Shown in pieces: positions 47,241 to 57,570 of a stretch of DNA of 64,000 nt. A program made the position numbers and the translations under genes. Below the pieces are notes generated by a model that saw only the letters and a list, made by a program, of their open reading frames with translations, was not told the DNA's origin and ran no database searches. Origin of the DNA: Acidobacteriota bacterium (GTDB lineage Bacteria; Acidobacteriota; CAIWXX01); the NCBI GenBank assembly GCA_040755995.1, contig JBFMAF010000052.1, forward strand, positions 51,202 through 115,201, written 5' to 3'. How positions within the stretch are numbered: the first letter of the stretch is position 1; the number at the start of each line of letters is the position of its first letter.

Positions 47241-48299
47241 TCAACTCGGCTCCCCTTCCATGCGCACGAGGCAGCGCCCGGCCAGCCGTCCGTCCCGCAT
47301 GCCCTCGATTGCATCGTTGACGTCGTCCAGACTGCAGTACCGCGTGATGATCTCGCGGAGCTTGATCCGGCCGAGGCGGTAGAGGTTGTGGAGGCGGGGG
47401 ATGTCCTCACTCGGCGAGGCCTCGCCCCCATGCGAGCCCGCGAGCTTCTTGCCGAAGTGGAGCGGAAGGCTGTGGATAGATACATCGACGCCTTTCATGG
47501 GCACGCCCACCAGCGTCACGCGGCCCTGCGGTTTCGTGAGCGCGTAGCCCATCTGAATGGCTGCCGGACTGCCGGTGTTGTCAACGAAGACGTCGAGTCC
47601 CTCCGGCCCCGTGATCGACTCGATCGAGATGCGTGCGTCTTCCCTGGCGGCGTTGATGACGTGCGTCGCACCCAGCTGTCCAGCCAACTCGAGCCGGTTG
47701 TCGTACCGATCGACCGCGATGATGGGGGAGGCGGATACAAGCGCCGCAGCCTGCACGATCGCGAGCCCGATCCCGCCGGCACCATAAACAACGATCGATT
47801 CTCCGATACGCACTCTTGCATTGTTCTCGACGACACCGAAGCCGGTTGTGACGGCGCAGCCGAACAGGGCGGCGACATCCATCTCACTCTCGTCGGGAAT
47901 CGGCGTCAGGCGGTTCTCGGATACGATCGCATACTCGTTGAGGGTCGTCACCCGGCCCGCGTTCAGCGTCTTGCCCTCCCATCGGTACGACGGCGTCACG
48001 GATTCGATTCCCAGGCCCCTGCGCCAGTGAAGCACGACCTTCTGTCCCGGTTTGACGTGACGGACGCCCGGGCCAATCCGGGCCACGATACCGGACCCTT
48101 CGTGGCCGAGCAGGTGGGGGAGGAACCTGTCTTCGCCTTTCACGCCGTCGATCTCGCCGAGTTGAGATCCGCAGATACCGCTGTGAGACACTTTCACCAG
48201 GACCTGGCCGACCTCCAGGTCTTCGGGCAATTCCACTTCCGCGAGAACGAGCGGCTTCCGCTGCTCGACCAGAATCGCCGCCTTCATCGTCCCGGGCAC
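47241..48299 (-). CDS. Zinc-binding medium-chain dehydrogenase
   Basis: GICGSQ, LGHEG, GCAVTTG, GAGGIG. Confidence 0.9.
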   Translation of the reverse strand: MPGTMKAAILVEQRKPLVLAEVELPEDLEVGQVLVKVSHSGICGSQLGEIDGVKGEDRFLPHLLGHEGSGIVARIGPGVRHVKPGQKVVLHWRRGLGIESVTPSYRWEGKTLNAGRVTTLNEYAIVSENRLTPIPDESEMDVAALFGCAVTTGFGVVENNARVRIGESIVVYGAGGIGLAIVQAAALVSASPIIAVDRYDNRLELAGQLGATHVINAAREDARISIESITGPEGLDVFVDNTGSPAAIQMGYALTKPQGRVTLVGVPMKGVDVSIHSLPLHFGKKLAGSHGGEASPSEDIPRLHNLYRLGRIKLREIITRYCSLDDVNDAIEGMRDGRLAGRCLVRMEGEPS

Positions 48300-48309
48300 A
48301 ATCGCCGGC

Positions 48310-48981
48310 TCACTCGAAGTAGATGAAGGAATAGTCGCCGGTGTAGCCGGTCAGTCTGAACCACCACTCCCACTCCTCCGGCATGCAAAACGCCTCGCAT
48401 GTCACCTGCCAGAACAGCAGGTTCGCCTTCTCGACCTCGTCTCGATATGACTCGACGCAGACGTACTTGTGCCGCTTCCCGACGCGCTCGATCTCGCGCA
48501 GCGCTTTCTCCAGATCGTAGTTGTGCAGGTTGTGCAGGGTGTTGATCGAATAGACGAGATCGAAGTGCCTGTCCGGATATGGAAGCGCGTTGGCGTGTCC
48601 CACCAGGAGCCTCTCCCGCACCTCTTCTTTCGCATTCACGATAGCGTACTGCGAGATGTCGAGGCCGTAGACGTCGACACCTGGCACGACCAGCGTGAAA
48701 TCGTAGAGCAGAAATCCCTTGCCGCACCCCACGTCCAGAATCCGCTCGCCGGGCCCGAGACCGTAATGACCGGCCATGGCGCGCGCCACCTTCTCCCACC
48801 GCCCTGGAATGTACCGGTAGCCGCCGTAGTTGATACGCCGATCGCCATCCCAGTAGTCGAAGTCCCACTTCTTCGCGAGCGTCGCGGCCCGCGCCTTGGG
48901 ATACTCCGGGTCGTTGACGCGCCCCAGGTAGTCGCGCTTCGTGCTCTTGTGCAGCATCGACATGAAATCAATGTATGCCAT
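48310..48981 (-). CDS. Class I SAM-dependent methyltransferase
   Basis: YWDGDRR..YGGY, ILDVGCGKGFL, FDLVYSINTLH. Confidence 0.9.
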   Translation of the reverse strand: MAYIDFMSMLHKSTKRDYLGRVNDPEYPKARAATLAKKWDFDYWDGDRRINYGGYRYIPGRWEKVARAMAGHYGLGPGERILDVGCGKGFLLYDFTLVVPGVDVYGLDISQYAIVNAKEEVRERLLVGHANALPYPDRHFDLVYSINTLHNLHNYDLEKALREIERVGKRHKYVCVESYRDEVEKANLLFWQVTCEAFCMPEEWEWWFRLTGYTGDYSFIYFE

Positions 48982-49091
48982 CGTTCAAACCTTCGGCCTC
49001 GTGCGAGCTGGGAATGCGCTTGGCGCGCAGAGCCACTCTTCGTTGGCCGGGGTGTGCGACCACGTGCCCCCCGCGTCCCGGACAGTGTCGG

Positions 49092-49544
49092 TCATGGAGC
49101 GAGAAAATCGTCGAGTGCCAGCACGCGGATCTCCGTGACACGTTTTAGCAACGGGTCGTTCGTCAGGAAGGCCTGACATCGGCCCTCGATGGCAACAGCG
49201 AACTGCAAGGCGTCGGGAAGACGCAGGTTGTGCTCCGCACGAATACGCGCGGCAATCTCGGCCGTATCCGGATCGACCGAGAGGACCTGGAAGTTCTGGC
49301 TGTTCAAGAGGAGGTCGCGATACTCGCCGGCCAGTCGCAGATCCCCTCTCCGAATCGGGTGGACCAGGACCTCTGCAAGGGACACGACGGAGGTGACACC
49401 CTTGAGCATCCCGCTGTCCATGCGGGTGAATACCTCGGTTACGAGAGCGTCGTACCGGGGGTTGGCCTCAACATAGTAGATGATCGGAGCCGTATCGATG
49501 CCCAATGACGAGACACCGTCGAGTGCATCCTGGAATCCACTCAC
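49092..49544 (-). CDS. vapC: PIN-domain (VapC) toxin
   Basis: LGIDTAPIIYY, SLAEVL, LRLPDALQ, FLTND; GTGA overlap with its partner. Confidence 0.88.
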   Translation of the reverse strand: MSGFQDALDGVSSLGIDTAPIIYYVEANPRYDALVTEVFTRMDSGMLKGVTSVVSLAEVLVHPIRRGDLRLAGEYRDLLLNSQNFQVLSVDPDTAEIAARIRAEHNLRLPDALQFAVAIEGRCQAFLTNDPLLKRVTEIRVLALDDFLAP

Positions 49545-49771
49545 AGGCGCTCGTCCCACTCGCCGCGAAGAGTGTTGACGTACTCCTGGGCGTCTATCCC
49601 GTCCCAAATCTCTTTGCCCAGGCCGTGCAGTGCGGAGATCCTGAGTCTCGGCCTGTCCTGCGCCTGGCGAGCCAGGTCTTCAACGGCCATCGCGATCAGC
49701 CGGAGCCGATCCGTCGTCGGAAGTGGCTTGACGTATTTCTCATATATGTCGTGGGGACTCAGTGTTGCCAT
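49541..49771 (-). CDS. Antitoxin partner of the PIN toxin (76 aa)
   Basis: LHGLGKEIWDGIDAQEYVNTLRGEW motif. Confidence 0.8.
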   Translation of the reverse strand: MATLSPHDIYEKYVKPLPTTDRLRLIAMAVEDLARQAQDRPRLRISALHGLGKEIWDGIDAQEYVNTLRGEWDERL

Positions 49772-49924
49772 CGAGGCTGCCCTCCATCCTCTCAGAGTAT
49801 ACCATTGTCCGGCAGCGCGACAGCCTTCTTGTGCCAGCCACAGCCACAGAGGGTAGGCCCTGGCGGGGTGCATCTGCCCATCAGCGGGACATCACTGCAG
49901 TCTGGCAGCCCTTCAATCCCCCGG

Positions 49925-50078
49925 GAGCAGACTCTCGATCCGCGCCCGCGTCCTTCCCAAACGCTCGCTCCTAACTCATCCGCGTCAATGCACGGGTAGG
50001 CATGGCGCCGTCTTTCCAGCGCCCCCTGGCTCGAGAACACTGAGAAGTATACAGCACCATTTCATGGCGAAGATAGGA
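49925..50078 (-). pseudogene. Diverged, frameshifted copy of the 3' end of the phosphotransferase gene (51482-51635)
   Basis: PIFAMKWCCILLSVLEP versus PIFAIKWCCILLNVLEP. Confidence 0.8.
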
Positions 50079-50116
50079 GAGGTACCAAGGCAATCTCCTA
50101 TACCCCACCCTGTTCC

Positions 50117-51349
50117 CTACTTGTTGATCTCCTCAAGACGCTCGGCGGCGGCCCGCCGGATTTCGGCATCAGGCGCGGCTCGTAGAATTTCCGCGAGGAC
50201 CGAAGGATCCACGATCTTATTCACAGCCTCCATTCGAATTCCTGCACGGTCCGGCCCATCGATTTCAGACTCCCGCTCCAACCGGGCGATGGCAGCCAGT
50301 ACGTGCGGATCCGACGATTTCCTGGCTAGCGCACCGATGACCTCCCAATCCTCGATCTCCTTGACTGCCCCGGCGAGAATGGAGGGATCCGAAGACAGAA
50401 ACTCTGTCAGCACGGCCAACAGGCTTGAGAGTCTCCTTTCGTATGCCTTGAGCGTTTCGCGCTCGACCGCCTCCTTGCCTATGGGTTTGCCAGGGACCTG
50501 GCTCGTTGTCGCGACAGAGATCCCTTCCGGCGGGGATTTCCATAGCTTGAAGCTCCGGCCAAGAATCACGCGTCCCTCCGCTTCGAGCGTCAGGACGCCC
50601 GCACAGGCGATACCTGAATTGACATACCCGACCATCGAGTACTCCCGTCCCAAGGGAACGCCGTAGGTGATGAGCCTAACGGAGGCGACCCCCTGTTGGC
50701 CTTCTGCGGCGATTGCGACCCCGAGCGAACCGAGGGCTCTATCGACAAGCGCTTTGACCAGGGGTCCTCGATCCTCGGGGAAACAGGCCAGGGAACACGC
50801 GGCCGTCCGGATCTGAGGAGCAGGCTCACTCCAGTAGTGCGAGGGATTTCCGGTCAACTCGACGAGATGATCGACCGCTCTCTTCCAGAAATCCTTGTCG
50901 TCTGAAGTCCTCAGCAGCTCGGTGATGATGGCGGCGTCCGTGAGCATGCCCACGGCCTCGGCACGGACCTCGGCGTTCTTCGCGTTCCTGGCGATTTCAC
51001 CAAGGAGAGCTTGGTCGTTCACTCCATGGACGGCCTCCCAGCTGGCGCTGGAGTCCACGGCGTCCATCGCGACTTCCGCCCGTTGCCGTTGGTCGGCGAT
51101 CCTCTTGACGATTTGCCCGCAGGCCGAGAGATAGTTCTCCGTTCGAGCCGCCCGGACCAGAAGAGCCTGGCCGTCCGGTCCCTCGGCCAGAGCGTCGAGC
51201 CTACGGCACGCTTTCTCGTTTCCACCCGCGCATTCCTTGGCCCATTTGGCCACGTCCTTCGTGTTCTCCGCAAAGGCGAATCCGGCCAGAACCGACGCGA
51301 GAATGAAAGAAAGAACCAGCGTCCGGTTCCTTGTTCTCGACCTCAGCAT
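50117..51349 (-). CDS. Secreted HEAT-like helical repeat protein
   Basis: AAGGAGG RBS; signal AFA/E; repeats VR.EAV..L.D...L.E. Confidence 0.7.
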   Translation of the reverse strand: MLRSRTRNRTLVLSFILASVLAGFAFAENTKDVAKWAKECAGGNEKACRRLDALAEGPDGQALLVRAARTENYLSACGQIVKRIADQRQRAEVAMDAVDSSASWEAVHGVNDQALLGEIARNAKNAEVRAEAVGMLTDAAIITELLRTSDDKDFWKRAVDHLVELTGNPSHYWSEPAPQIRTAACSLACFPEDRGPLVKALVDRALGSLGVAIAAEGQQGVASVRLITYGVPLGREYSMVGYVNSGIACAGVLTLEAEGRVILGRSFKLWKSPPEGISVATTSQVPGKPIGKEAVERETLKAYERRLSSLLAVLTEFLSSDPSILAGAVKEIEDWEVIGALARKSSDPHVLAAIARLERESEIDGPDRAGIRMEAVNKIVDPSVLAEILRAAPDAEIRRAAAERLEEINK

Positions 51350-51466
51350 ACTCCCTCCTTCATTGGTGCTGCCGCGATGGCGCATAGGGTCAACCGGGGA
51401 AGACACGCCCGGCCGCATGATTGGACTGAAGGGGCTGCGGACCCTTTGACTCGAATGCCACATGCG

Positions 51467-52489
51467 CTAACCGTCCGGCAGAAGCAGATTCTCGAGTCGC
51501 GCACACGCCTCTCTCAAACGCCCCCCTCGCAGGGCGACGATATCGATATCCGGGTTGGCATGCCGCATTCTTTCCAGTGCTCCGGGCTCGAGAACATTGA
51601 GGAGTATACAGCACCACTTGATGGCGAAGATAGGAAACATGGCGCGTGCCCTTCGCCGGCCGCGGGGAGGATCCGGGAACAGCCCGAGAAAGCGGCTCTC
51701 GAATAGCTCGCGGTGCCTCCAATCGACCGGCACCTGCGGCTGGCAGAAGAAGTCATTCACCGTCTTGGCCGGATCATCCCATCCGGCGTATTCGAAGTCG
51801 ACGAAGCCGAGCGTCCCGTCCGGAGCCTCCAGTGCATTATGCAGTCCGAAGTCCGACGGCGAGAGACACCGCTCGTCCTGCGTCAAGACCTCCGTCGGCC
51901 GGATGCCGAGATCCATGAGCTCGCGATGGATCCTCGGGACCACGCTCTGCCAGACAAACCGCATCCGATCAACCAGGTCCCGCGCCTCGCCGTCATGAGC
52001 CCGGCACCGGAGCGCCTCTTCCAGTCTCCCGATCCGGCGCTCGACCAGCGCGACATGCTCGTCCAGTGAGAAACACGCCTCGGATGCCGCAGGGAGACGC
52101 TCGCCGCGGCCGCGCACGTCGGAGCGATTCAGCGCTTCCAGGAGCCCGATCGCCTGCACAACATGCCTCTCGGTGACATCCTGAACAGGCGTTCCCGGGA
52201 GCGCAGAGTAGAGCGCGACCGAGATCCGGTCGTCCCTGGCAATCGGCTCCGGTACGCAATCGATCCCGGCCGTGCGTGCGATTTTCAGGAAATCGAACTC
52301 TACCGCAAGCCGGTTGCGCGGGTCTTCGGGACGCGAGAAGTACCATTTGGCAATGTAGTCGCATGGACCCGCGCGTACGCGGTAGATCCGGCTGTTGCCT
52401 GCGAACGGCTGGGGCTCCGCCTGCGCCGGGCCGTGCCCGCGGGCTGCAAGCAGCCGTTGAATCGAATCGATCGCCCGTTGGTCAGACAC
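51467..52489 (-). CDS. APH/kinase-like phosphotransferase
   Basis: GNSRIY, IAKWY, LSPSDFGLHN, VDFEYAGWDDP. Confidence 0.85.
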   Translation of the reverse strand: MSDQRAIDSIQRLLAARGHGPAQAEPQPFAGNSRIYRVRAGPCDYIAKWYFSRPEDPRNRLAVEFDFLKIARTAGIDCVPEPIARDDRISVALYSALPGTPVQDVTERHVVQAIGLLEALNRSDVRGRGERLPAASEACFSLDEHVALVERRIGRLEEALRCRAHDGEARDLVDRMRFVWQSVVPRIHRELMDLGIRPTEVLTQDERCLSPSDFGLHNALEAPDGTLGFVDFEYAGWDDPAKTVNDFFCQPQVPVDWRHRELFESRFLGLFPDPPRGRRRARAMFPIFAIKWCCILLNVLEPGALERMRHANPDIDIVALRGGRLREACARLENLLLPDG

Positions 52490-52499
52490 GTGGCACCAT

Positions 52500-53117
52500 T
52501 CACGGCGTTTCGAGAAACGATCTGATGCTCGGCCAGCTCGAAAACCTCGGGCAACGCGTGTCCGATTCGTGCAGGCCGTTGGGGTCGAAGAGCACTCTCC
52601 TTGTTCCGGCAGGAAACCGCTCCGACCACAGGATCTCGGGAAGGTCGTCGACGAAGTAGTCACAGCCCAGCGCAGCCACGCGTTCGAGCTTCTCCTCCCT
52701 GGCAGGCTCGAAGAAGCAGACCTCGTCGCCCAACAGGCTCCCGATCCTCTCCCTGACCCATCTCCGCGCCGCCGTGTGCAGGTCGTATGGCGGTCCAAGG
52801 AACGGTCGCTTCGACCGGTGGCCTATGATGAAGACGTCGTGCCCTCGTTGACGGGCCCACCCGAGGAAATCCGGAGCTCCGGGATACGGCTCGGCCTCCG
52901 TCATCCGTGCTCCGTAGACATATCCCTGCAGCTCGGTCCAGGTATCCTCCCGTCCCGTTCGCCTCAGAAAATCGCGGACCGCGATCTTGCTCACGGGAAG
53001 ATCTCCCGGCACGAGGTCCCGCTCCCGCGCGACCTTGTGAAAGAGCGCGTCATAGCAGACGATCGTGTTGTCGAAATCGATCCCGATTCTCACCTGCGTC
53101 GACTCTCCTGCTTTCAC
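52500..53117 (-). CDS. HAD-superfamily hydrolase
   Basis: IGIDFDNT, K, FVDDL. Confidence 0.85.
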   Translation of the reverse strand: MKAGESTQVRIGIDFDNTIVCYDALFHKVARERDLVPGDLPVSKIAVRDFLRRTGREDTWTELQGYVYGARMTEAEPYPGAPDFLGWARQRGHDVFIIGHRSKRPFLGPPYDLHTAARRWVRERIGSLLGDEVCFFEPAREEKLERVAALGCDYFVDDLPEILWSERFPAGTRRVLFDPNGLHESDTRCPRFSSWPSIRSFLETP

Positions 53118-54052
53118 ATCGCGCGTCGCGCGCCGAGTCCGGTACGAAGCTTCGCGGCCACGGCCTCGGGCGTCAATCCGAACTTGCGTCGAGCATAGTC
53201 CTGGGTGCCGATTTCCAGCATGAAGGCATCGTCGACGCCGCAGATCACCAACTTCGCCTCGACCTCACGGCCGGCGCCGGCGAGCCACTCCGATACAGCC
53301 CCGCCCAGGCCACCGATCCGGCTGTGCTCCTCCAGTGTCACCAGAAGCCGGCAGGTGCGCCCGAGCCCTTCGAGCCTTTCCTCGTCAAGCGGTTTGATGG
53401 TGTGGAAGCTCTCGACCCCAACCGACAGCCCTTCGGCCGCCAGCAGCTCGGCGGCTCCGACCGCGACCGGCAGCATCGTGCCCGTACTCAGGATGCACGC
53501 ATCGCGGCCTTCGCGGATCCTGATCGCCTTGCCGAATCGGAGTTCCGGTTCCGTGCGGTGGACATCCGGCTCGCCTTTCTTGCCGATGCGGATGTAGATC
53601 GGGCCGTCATGGCGGAGCGCCGCACGCACGGCACAGCGCAGCTCGATCGCGTCGCCGGGAGCCACCACCGTCATGTCAGGCAGGGCACGCAGAATCGCGA
53701 GATCCTCGCACGAGTGGTGCGTCGGGCCCAGCTCGGCATACGACAGGCCCGAGCCCGTGCCGACGATCGTCACGGGAGCCCGGTGGTAGCACACATCGAT
53801 GCGGATCTGTTCGAGGCACCGCGTGGTCGCAAATGGAGCGATCGTGTAGACGAACGGGCGAAGCCCTGAAAGCGCCATGCCGGCCGCCACCCCCATCATG
53901 TTGGCCTCGGCCACGCCGCAGTTGAGAAACCGCCCCCCAGCGACGCTCTTGAAGCCGCGGAACAGCCTGTTGCCGATATCACCGGAGAGTACCACCACGC
54001 GCGAGTCCTCAGCGGCGAGCCTCGCGATCTCCTCCGCAAAGGCGTTTCTCAC
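53114..54052 (-). CDS. Transketolase-like C-terminal subunit
   Basis: GVAEANM, EQIRID, GPTHH, LEEH...GGLG. Confidence 0.92.
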   Translation of the reverse strand: MRNAFAEEIARLAAEDSRVVVLSGDIGNRLFRGFKSVAGGRFLNCGVAEANMMGVAAGMALSGLRPFVYTIAPFATTRCLEQIRIDVCYHRAPVTIVGTGSGLSYAELGPTHHSCEDLAILRALPDMTVVAPGDAIELRCAVRAALRHDGPIYIRIGKKGEPDVHRTEPELRFGKAIRIREGRDACILSTGTMLPVAVGAAELLAAEGLSVGVESFHTIKPLDEERLEGLGRTCRLLVTLEEHSRIGGLGGAVSEWLAGAGREVEAKLVICGVDDAFMLEIGTQDYARRKFGLTPEAVAAKLRTGLGARRAM

Positions 54053-54867
54053 GCGAGCTCCCCAAGCTCCTTCTTCGCCATCGACACCTCTTCAGCCGAA
54101 GGGATGCGGTAGTGCCAGTTGTTGTCGTCTTCCATGAAGCTCACGCCCTTGCCCTTGACCGTGTGCGCGACGACTGCCATAGGCCTGCCTGTCCCATTCG
54201 GCACTCTGCCCAGCACGTCCGTCAACGATTGAATATCGTGGCCGTCGACCTCACAGGCATCCCAGCCGAACGACCGCCACTTGCTCGTGAGCGGCTCGAG
54301 AGCCATTACCTCCCGGCTGCGGTCTGTGGCCTGCCACCCGTTGAAGTCGACAATGACGCAGAGCCGCTCCGCCCTCTGCGCGGCCGCCAGCATCGCAGCC
54401 TCCCAGACCGCCCCCTCGTTGCACTCGCCGTCGCTGAGCAGGGCGTAGACATTGTGACACCGACGCTGAATCCTCGCGGCCAGCGCCATGCCGAGCCCCA
54501 ACGACAGCCCATGGCCGAGCGACCCGGTCGCCGCCTCCACACCAGGCAGTTGCTCAGGCGTCGGCGGGTGCGCGCCGAAGACGCTGCCGTCTTCCCCGTA
54601 TGCCTGGAGCATGGACTCAGGAAAGAAGCCCTTCAGGGCCAGAACGTGAAAGAGAGCGGGCGCGGCGTGCCCTTTGCTCAGGATGAAACGATCTCTATCG
54701 GGATCGCGCGGATTCCGTGGGTCTATCCGCAGGGATCGGTAGTAGAGGCTGACCAGGATATCGACGCAGCTCAGGCAGGATCCAAGGTGCGGTGTCTGGG
54801 ACCGGTGCGAGTTCTCGATGATGCTCACGCGCAGTCGGCGTGCAATCTCAGGGAGCTCAGCGCACAT
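54049..54867 (-). CDS. Transketolase-like N-terminal (TPP-binding) subunit
   Basis: HLGSCLS, LSKGH, GSLGHG, SDGECNEG, KGKGVSFME. Confidence 0.93.
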   Translation of the reverse strand: MCAELPEIARRLRVSIIENSHRSQTPHLGSCLSCVDILVSLYYRSLRIDPRNPRDPDRDRFILSKGHAAPALFHVLALKGFFPESMLQAYGEDGSVFGAHPPTPEQLPGVEAATGSLGHGLSLGLGMALAARIQRRCHNVYALLSDGECNEGAVWEAAMLAAAQRAERLCVIVDFNGWQATDRSREVMALEPLTSKWRSFGWDACEVDGHDIQSLTDVLGRVPNGTGRPMAVVAHTVKGKGVSFMEDDNNWHYRIPSAEEVSMAKKELGELA

Positions 54868-54879
54868 CGCGGGGAGGAC

Positions 54880-55875
54880 TCACGCCTTGTGGATGTAGTC
54901 GTGCGGAAGGTCTCTCAGGTCCTCGAAGCTCTCTCTGACCCAGCGGATGCATCGATCGAGCCCCTCGTCGAGGCCGACCTGCTCTTGCCATCCGAGGCTC
55001 TCCCGCAGCTTGCTGCTGTCCAGAAGGCACGCAGCGTCCTGGCACCGGCGTTCGGGGGTGATTTCGACGCACTCGTCGAGTGACACACCGAGGCGTGCGC
55101 ACAGACGCTCTACGAGCTCCCGGATCGTGATCGTTTCCTGTGTAGCGATGTGGTAGGTCTCGCCATTCCGGCCCTCTTCGGCGATGCGCAGGATCGCGTC
55201 CGACACGTCCTCCACATAGATGAAGGACCGGCGCGAGAGACCGCCGCCGTGCAGCTGTAGCTTCTTGCCGAGCAGGATGAAAAGGATCGTGCGGGGAATG
55301 ATCCTGTAGAGCTGCTGCCCTGGTCCGTATACGTTGGATGCGCGCGTCATCACGGCTGGGAATCTGTACGCCTCGATGTAGGTTCGCAGGCTCATGTCGG
55401 CTGCGGCCCGCGACACGGCATAGGGTGTCGTAGGCCTGAATGGCGCATCCTCCTTCACGGGCACACTCGTGCTCCCGTAGACCTCGGGTGTCGTGATGTG
55501 GACGTAACGGTCCAGGAAATCCATCTGCCGAAGCCGCTCGTGCAGCAGCACGGTCGAGACGACGTTGGTCTTGAACCAGTGGCCCGGATTCTCCCAACTC
55601 TCGGCGACCATACTCTGCGCTGCGAAGTTCACGACGCAGGTGAACCTTTCGGTGTGGATCAGGTCGCTCAGGCGATCCAGATCATGGTTCAAGTCCAGAC
55701 GGTGAAAGCGGAACAGGTCGTCGTGGCCGTGCCAGCGATAAGGCAGCATCGCGCGATGCGGCTCTTCCGAACGGCTCACGCCGACGACCCGTATGCCCTT
55801 TCGCAGCAGATAGCCGGTGAAACTCGCTCCAGAGAAGGAATTGCTGCCGATGACCAGGATCCGGTCGTGCTTCAT
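54880..55875 (-). CDS. NDP-sugar 4,6-dehydratase-like SDR
   Basis: GSNSFSG, FAAQSMV, TPEVYG, YAVSR, NVYGPGQ. Confidence 0.88.
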   Translation of the reverse strand: MKHDRILVIGSNSFSGASFTGYLLRKGIRVVGVSRSEEPHRAMLPYRWHGHDDLFRFHRLDLNHDLDRLSDLIHTERFTCVVNFAAQSMVAESWENPGHWFKTNVVSTVLLHERLRQMDFLDRYVHITTPEVYGSTSVPVKEDAPFRPTTPYAVSRAAADMSLRTYIEAYRFPAVMTRASNVYGPGQQLYRIIPRTILFILLGKKLQLHGGGLSRRSFIYVEDVSDAILRIAEEGRNGETYHIATQETITIRELVERLCARLGVSLDECVEITPERRCQDAACLLDSSKLRESLGWQEQVGLDEGLDRCIRWVRESFEDLRDLPHDYIHKA

Positions 55876-56456
55876 GGGACCCGAGGCGATCCGTTGCCGC
55901 AGAGCCACTGCGTGAGCATGTGGCCGACGACGAGCTGCAGATCTTCCGCGATTTGCATGTCGTCGGTGGCAAAGTGGATCGCGATGTCTGCAAGCTGCTT
56001 TGCCCTGCCGCCGGAGCAGCCGACGACGGCGAAGGTTCGCATCCCGATTGACTTCGCTTCCCGCAGCGACTCGATGATGTTCGGCGAGTCTCCGCTCGCC
56101 GACAGCGCGATGAGCACATCGCCCTTGCCTGCCTGGACGGCGAGCTGCAACGAGAAGATGTTGTCGTAGCCCCTGTCGTTGGCAAGGCAGGTCATGAGCG
56201 ATTGATTGCACGTGAGGGCGGTGGCCATGAGCCCGGAGCCACGCGACTTCGCGACCCCCAGGGCGAGATCCGCGGCGATGTGGGATGCGTTGCCGGCGCC
56301 ACCGCCGTTGCCGCACAAGAAGACGCGACGGCCGGTCCGCCAGCAATCAAACAGCTCGCGCGCCAGGCCGGTGACCGGTCCCCAGTCGACCGTCTCCAGG
56401 ACGGCCTTCAGACGATTGGCGTAGTCGAGGAAGCTTGCGCGTGGCTCGGAGGTCAT
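55872..56456 (-). CDS. gmhA: Phosphoheptose isomerase-like SIS protein
   Basis: CGNGG, ANDRGY, SASGDSPNI, QIAED.Q...H. Confidence 0.85.
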   Translation of the reverse strand: MTSEPRASFLDYANRLKAVLETVDWGPVTGLARELFDCWRTGRRVFLCGNGGGAGNASHIAADLALGVAKSRGSGLMATALTCNQSLMTCLANDRGYDNIFSLQLAVQAGKGDVLIALSASGDSPNIIESLREAKSIGMRTFAVVGCSGGRAKQLADIAIHFATDDMQIAEDLQLVVGHMLTQWLCGNGSPRVP

Positions 56457-57400
56457 GCGAGCACCTCCCGGTGCATCTGCTGCATCCACCGTATATTGTA
56501 ACAGCGGTCTTCGTCTTTCCACAGGCCCGAATGGTACGTCTCCACCAGCTCCTCAATGGCATCCTCCACCGTCTTCTTCGGCCTGAAACCCGTTTGCAGG
56601 AGGCGGTCCGAGCTCATTCGGTAGGAGCGGGGGTCGTTGCTTTGCTTGATCTCGATATCGGCATGACAGCGCTCCTGAACGCGCCGGGCAATCTCCAGGA
56701 TCGAGAGGTTCTCAAACCCCGCGTTGTAGATGCCGGTCGATTCCGGGTGGTGGAGCAGAAACAGGTAGATGTCCGTGATGTCGTCCAAATGAACATTCGG
56801 GCGCACCTGGCTGCCTCCGAGGACTGTGATTCTACCCCTGGTGACGGCCTGGGCCGTAAGGAGGTTCACCGACACATCCAGGCGCATTCGCGGCGAATAG
56901 CCGCAGACGGTCGCCGGTCGTATGATCTGAACAACCATGTCCTTCGCGTAGCTCAGGCAGACCCGCTCGGCGACCATCTTCGTCCTGTTGTAGTCGGAGA
57001 TCGGCTCCATCTGGAGATCCTCGGTGACCCGATCCTCCTTCTTCACGCCGTAGACGCTCCCTGACGAGGCGTAGATGAGATGTCTGACGCCGTCGCGTGC
57101 CGCTCTGTCGCACAGTCTCATCGTCGCCAGGGCGTTGACCTCCCACGCGAGCTTCGGGTCCATGTCCCCGCAGGGGTCGTTGGAGATCGAGGCGAGATGG
57201 ATGACGGCCTCAACGCCCTTCAAATCCAAACGACCGGCGTCCCGCACGTCACCCCTGGTCAACCTCAACTGCGCATGCGGTTCCAAGTAGTTGCCGAACC
57301 ACATGGTATCAAGCCCGATGACCTCATGGCCGGCCCTCAGCAGCTTCGGTACGAGAACTGTCCCCTTGTAGCCGCAGGCGCCGGTTATGAAGACCCTCAT
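56453..57400 (-). CDS. NAD-dependent epimerase/dehydratase
   Basis: TGACGYKG, SNDP, SSGSVYG, YNRTK. Confidence 0.9.
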   Translation of the reverse strand: MRVFITGACGYKGTVLVPKLLRAGHEVIGLDTMWFGNYLEPHAQLRLTRGDVRDAGRLDLKGVEAVIHLASISNDPCGDMDPKLAWEVNALATMRLCDRAARDGVRHLIYASSGSVYGVKKEDRVTEDLQMEPISDYNRTKMVAERVCLSYAKDMVVQIIRPATVCGYSPRMRLDVSVNLLTAQAVTRGRITVLGGSQVRPNVHLDDITDIYLFLLHHPESTGIYNAGFENLSILEIARRVQERCHADIEIKQSNDPRSYRMSSDRLLQTGFRPKKTVEDAIEELVETYHSGLWKDEDRCYNIRWMQQMHREVLA

Positions 57401-57570
57401 GTCCTTTGGGACATAGGAACTTGCTCTTCCGGCCGGAAGGCGGAAATACTACTGAAGTAGTAACTCCGGCATGTAGATATTGGCAAGAAGACACATCCTC
57501 CGTCCCCGGGCACGGAGGACGGGCGCGCCTGACTGCGAACTTGCGATGATTGGCGGTGGATCACGGCCGG

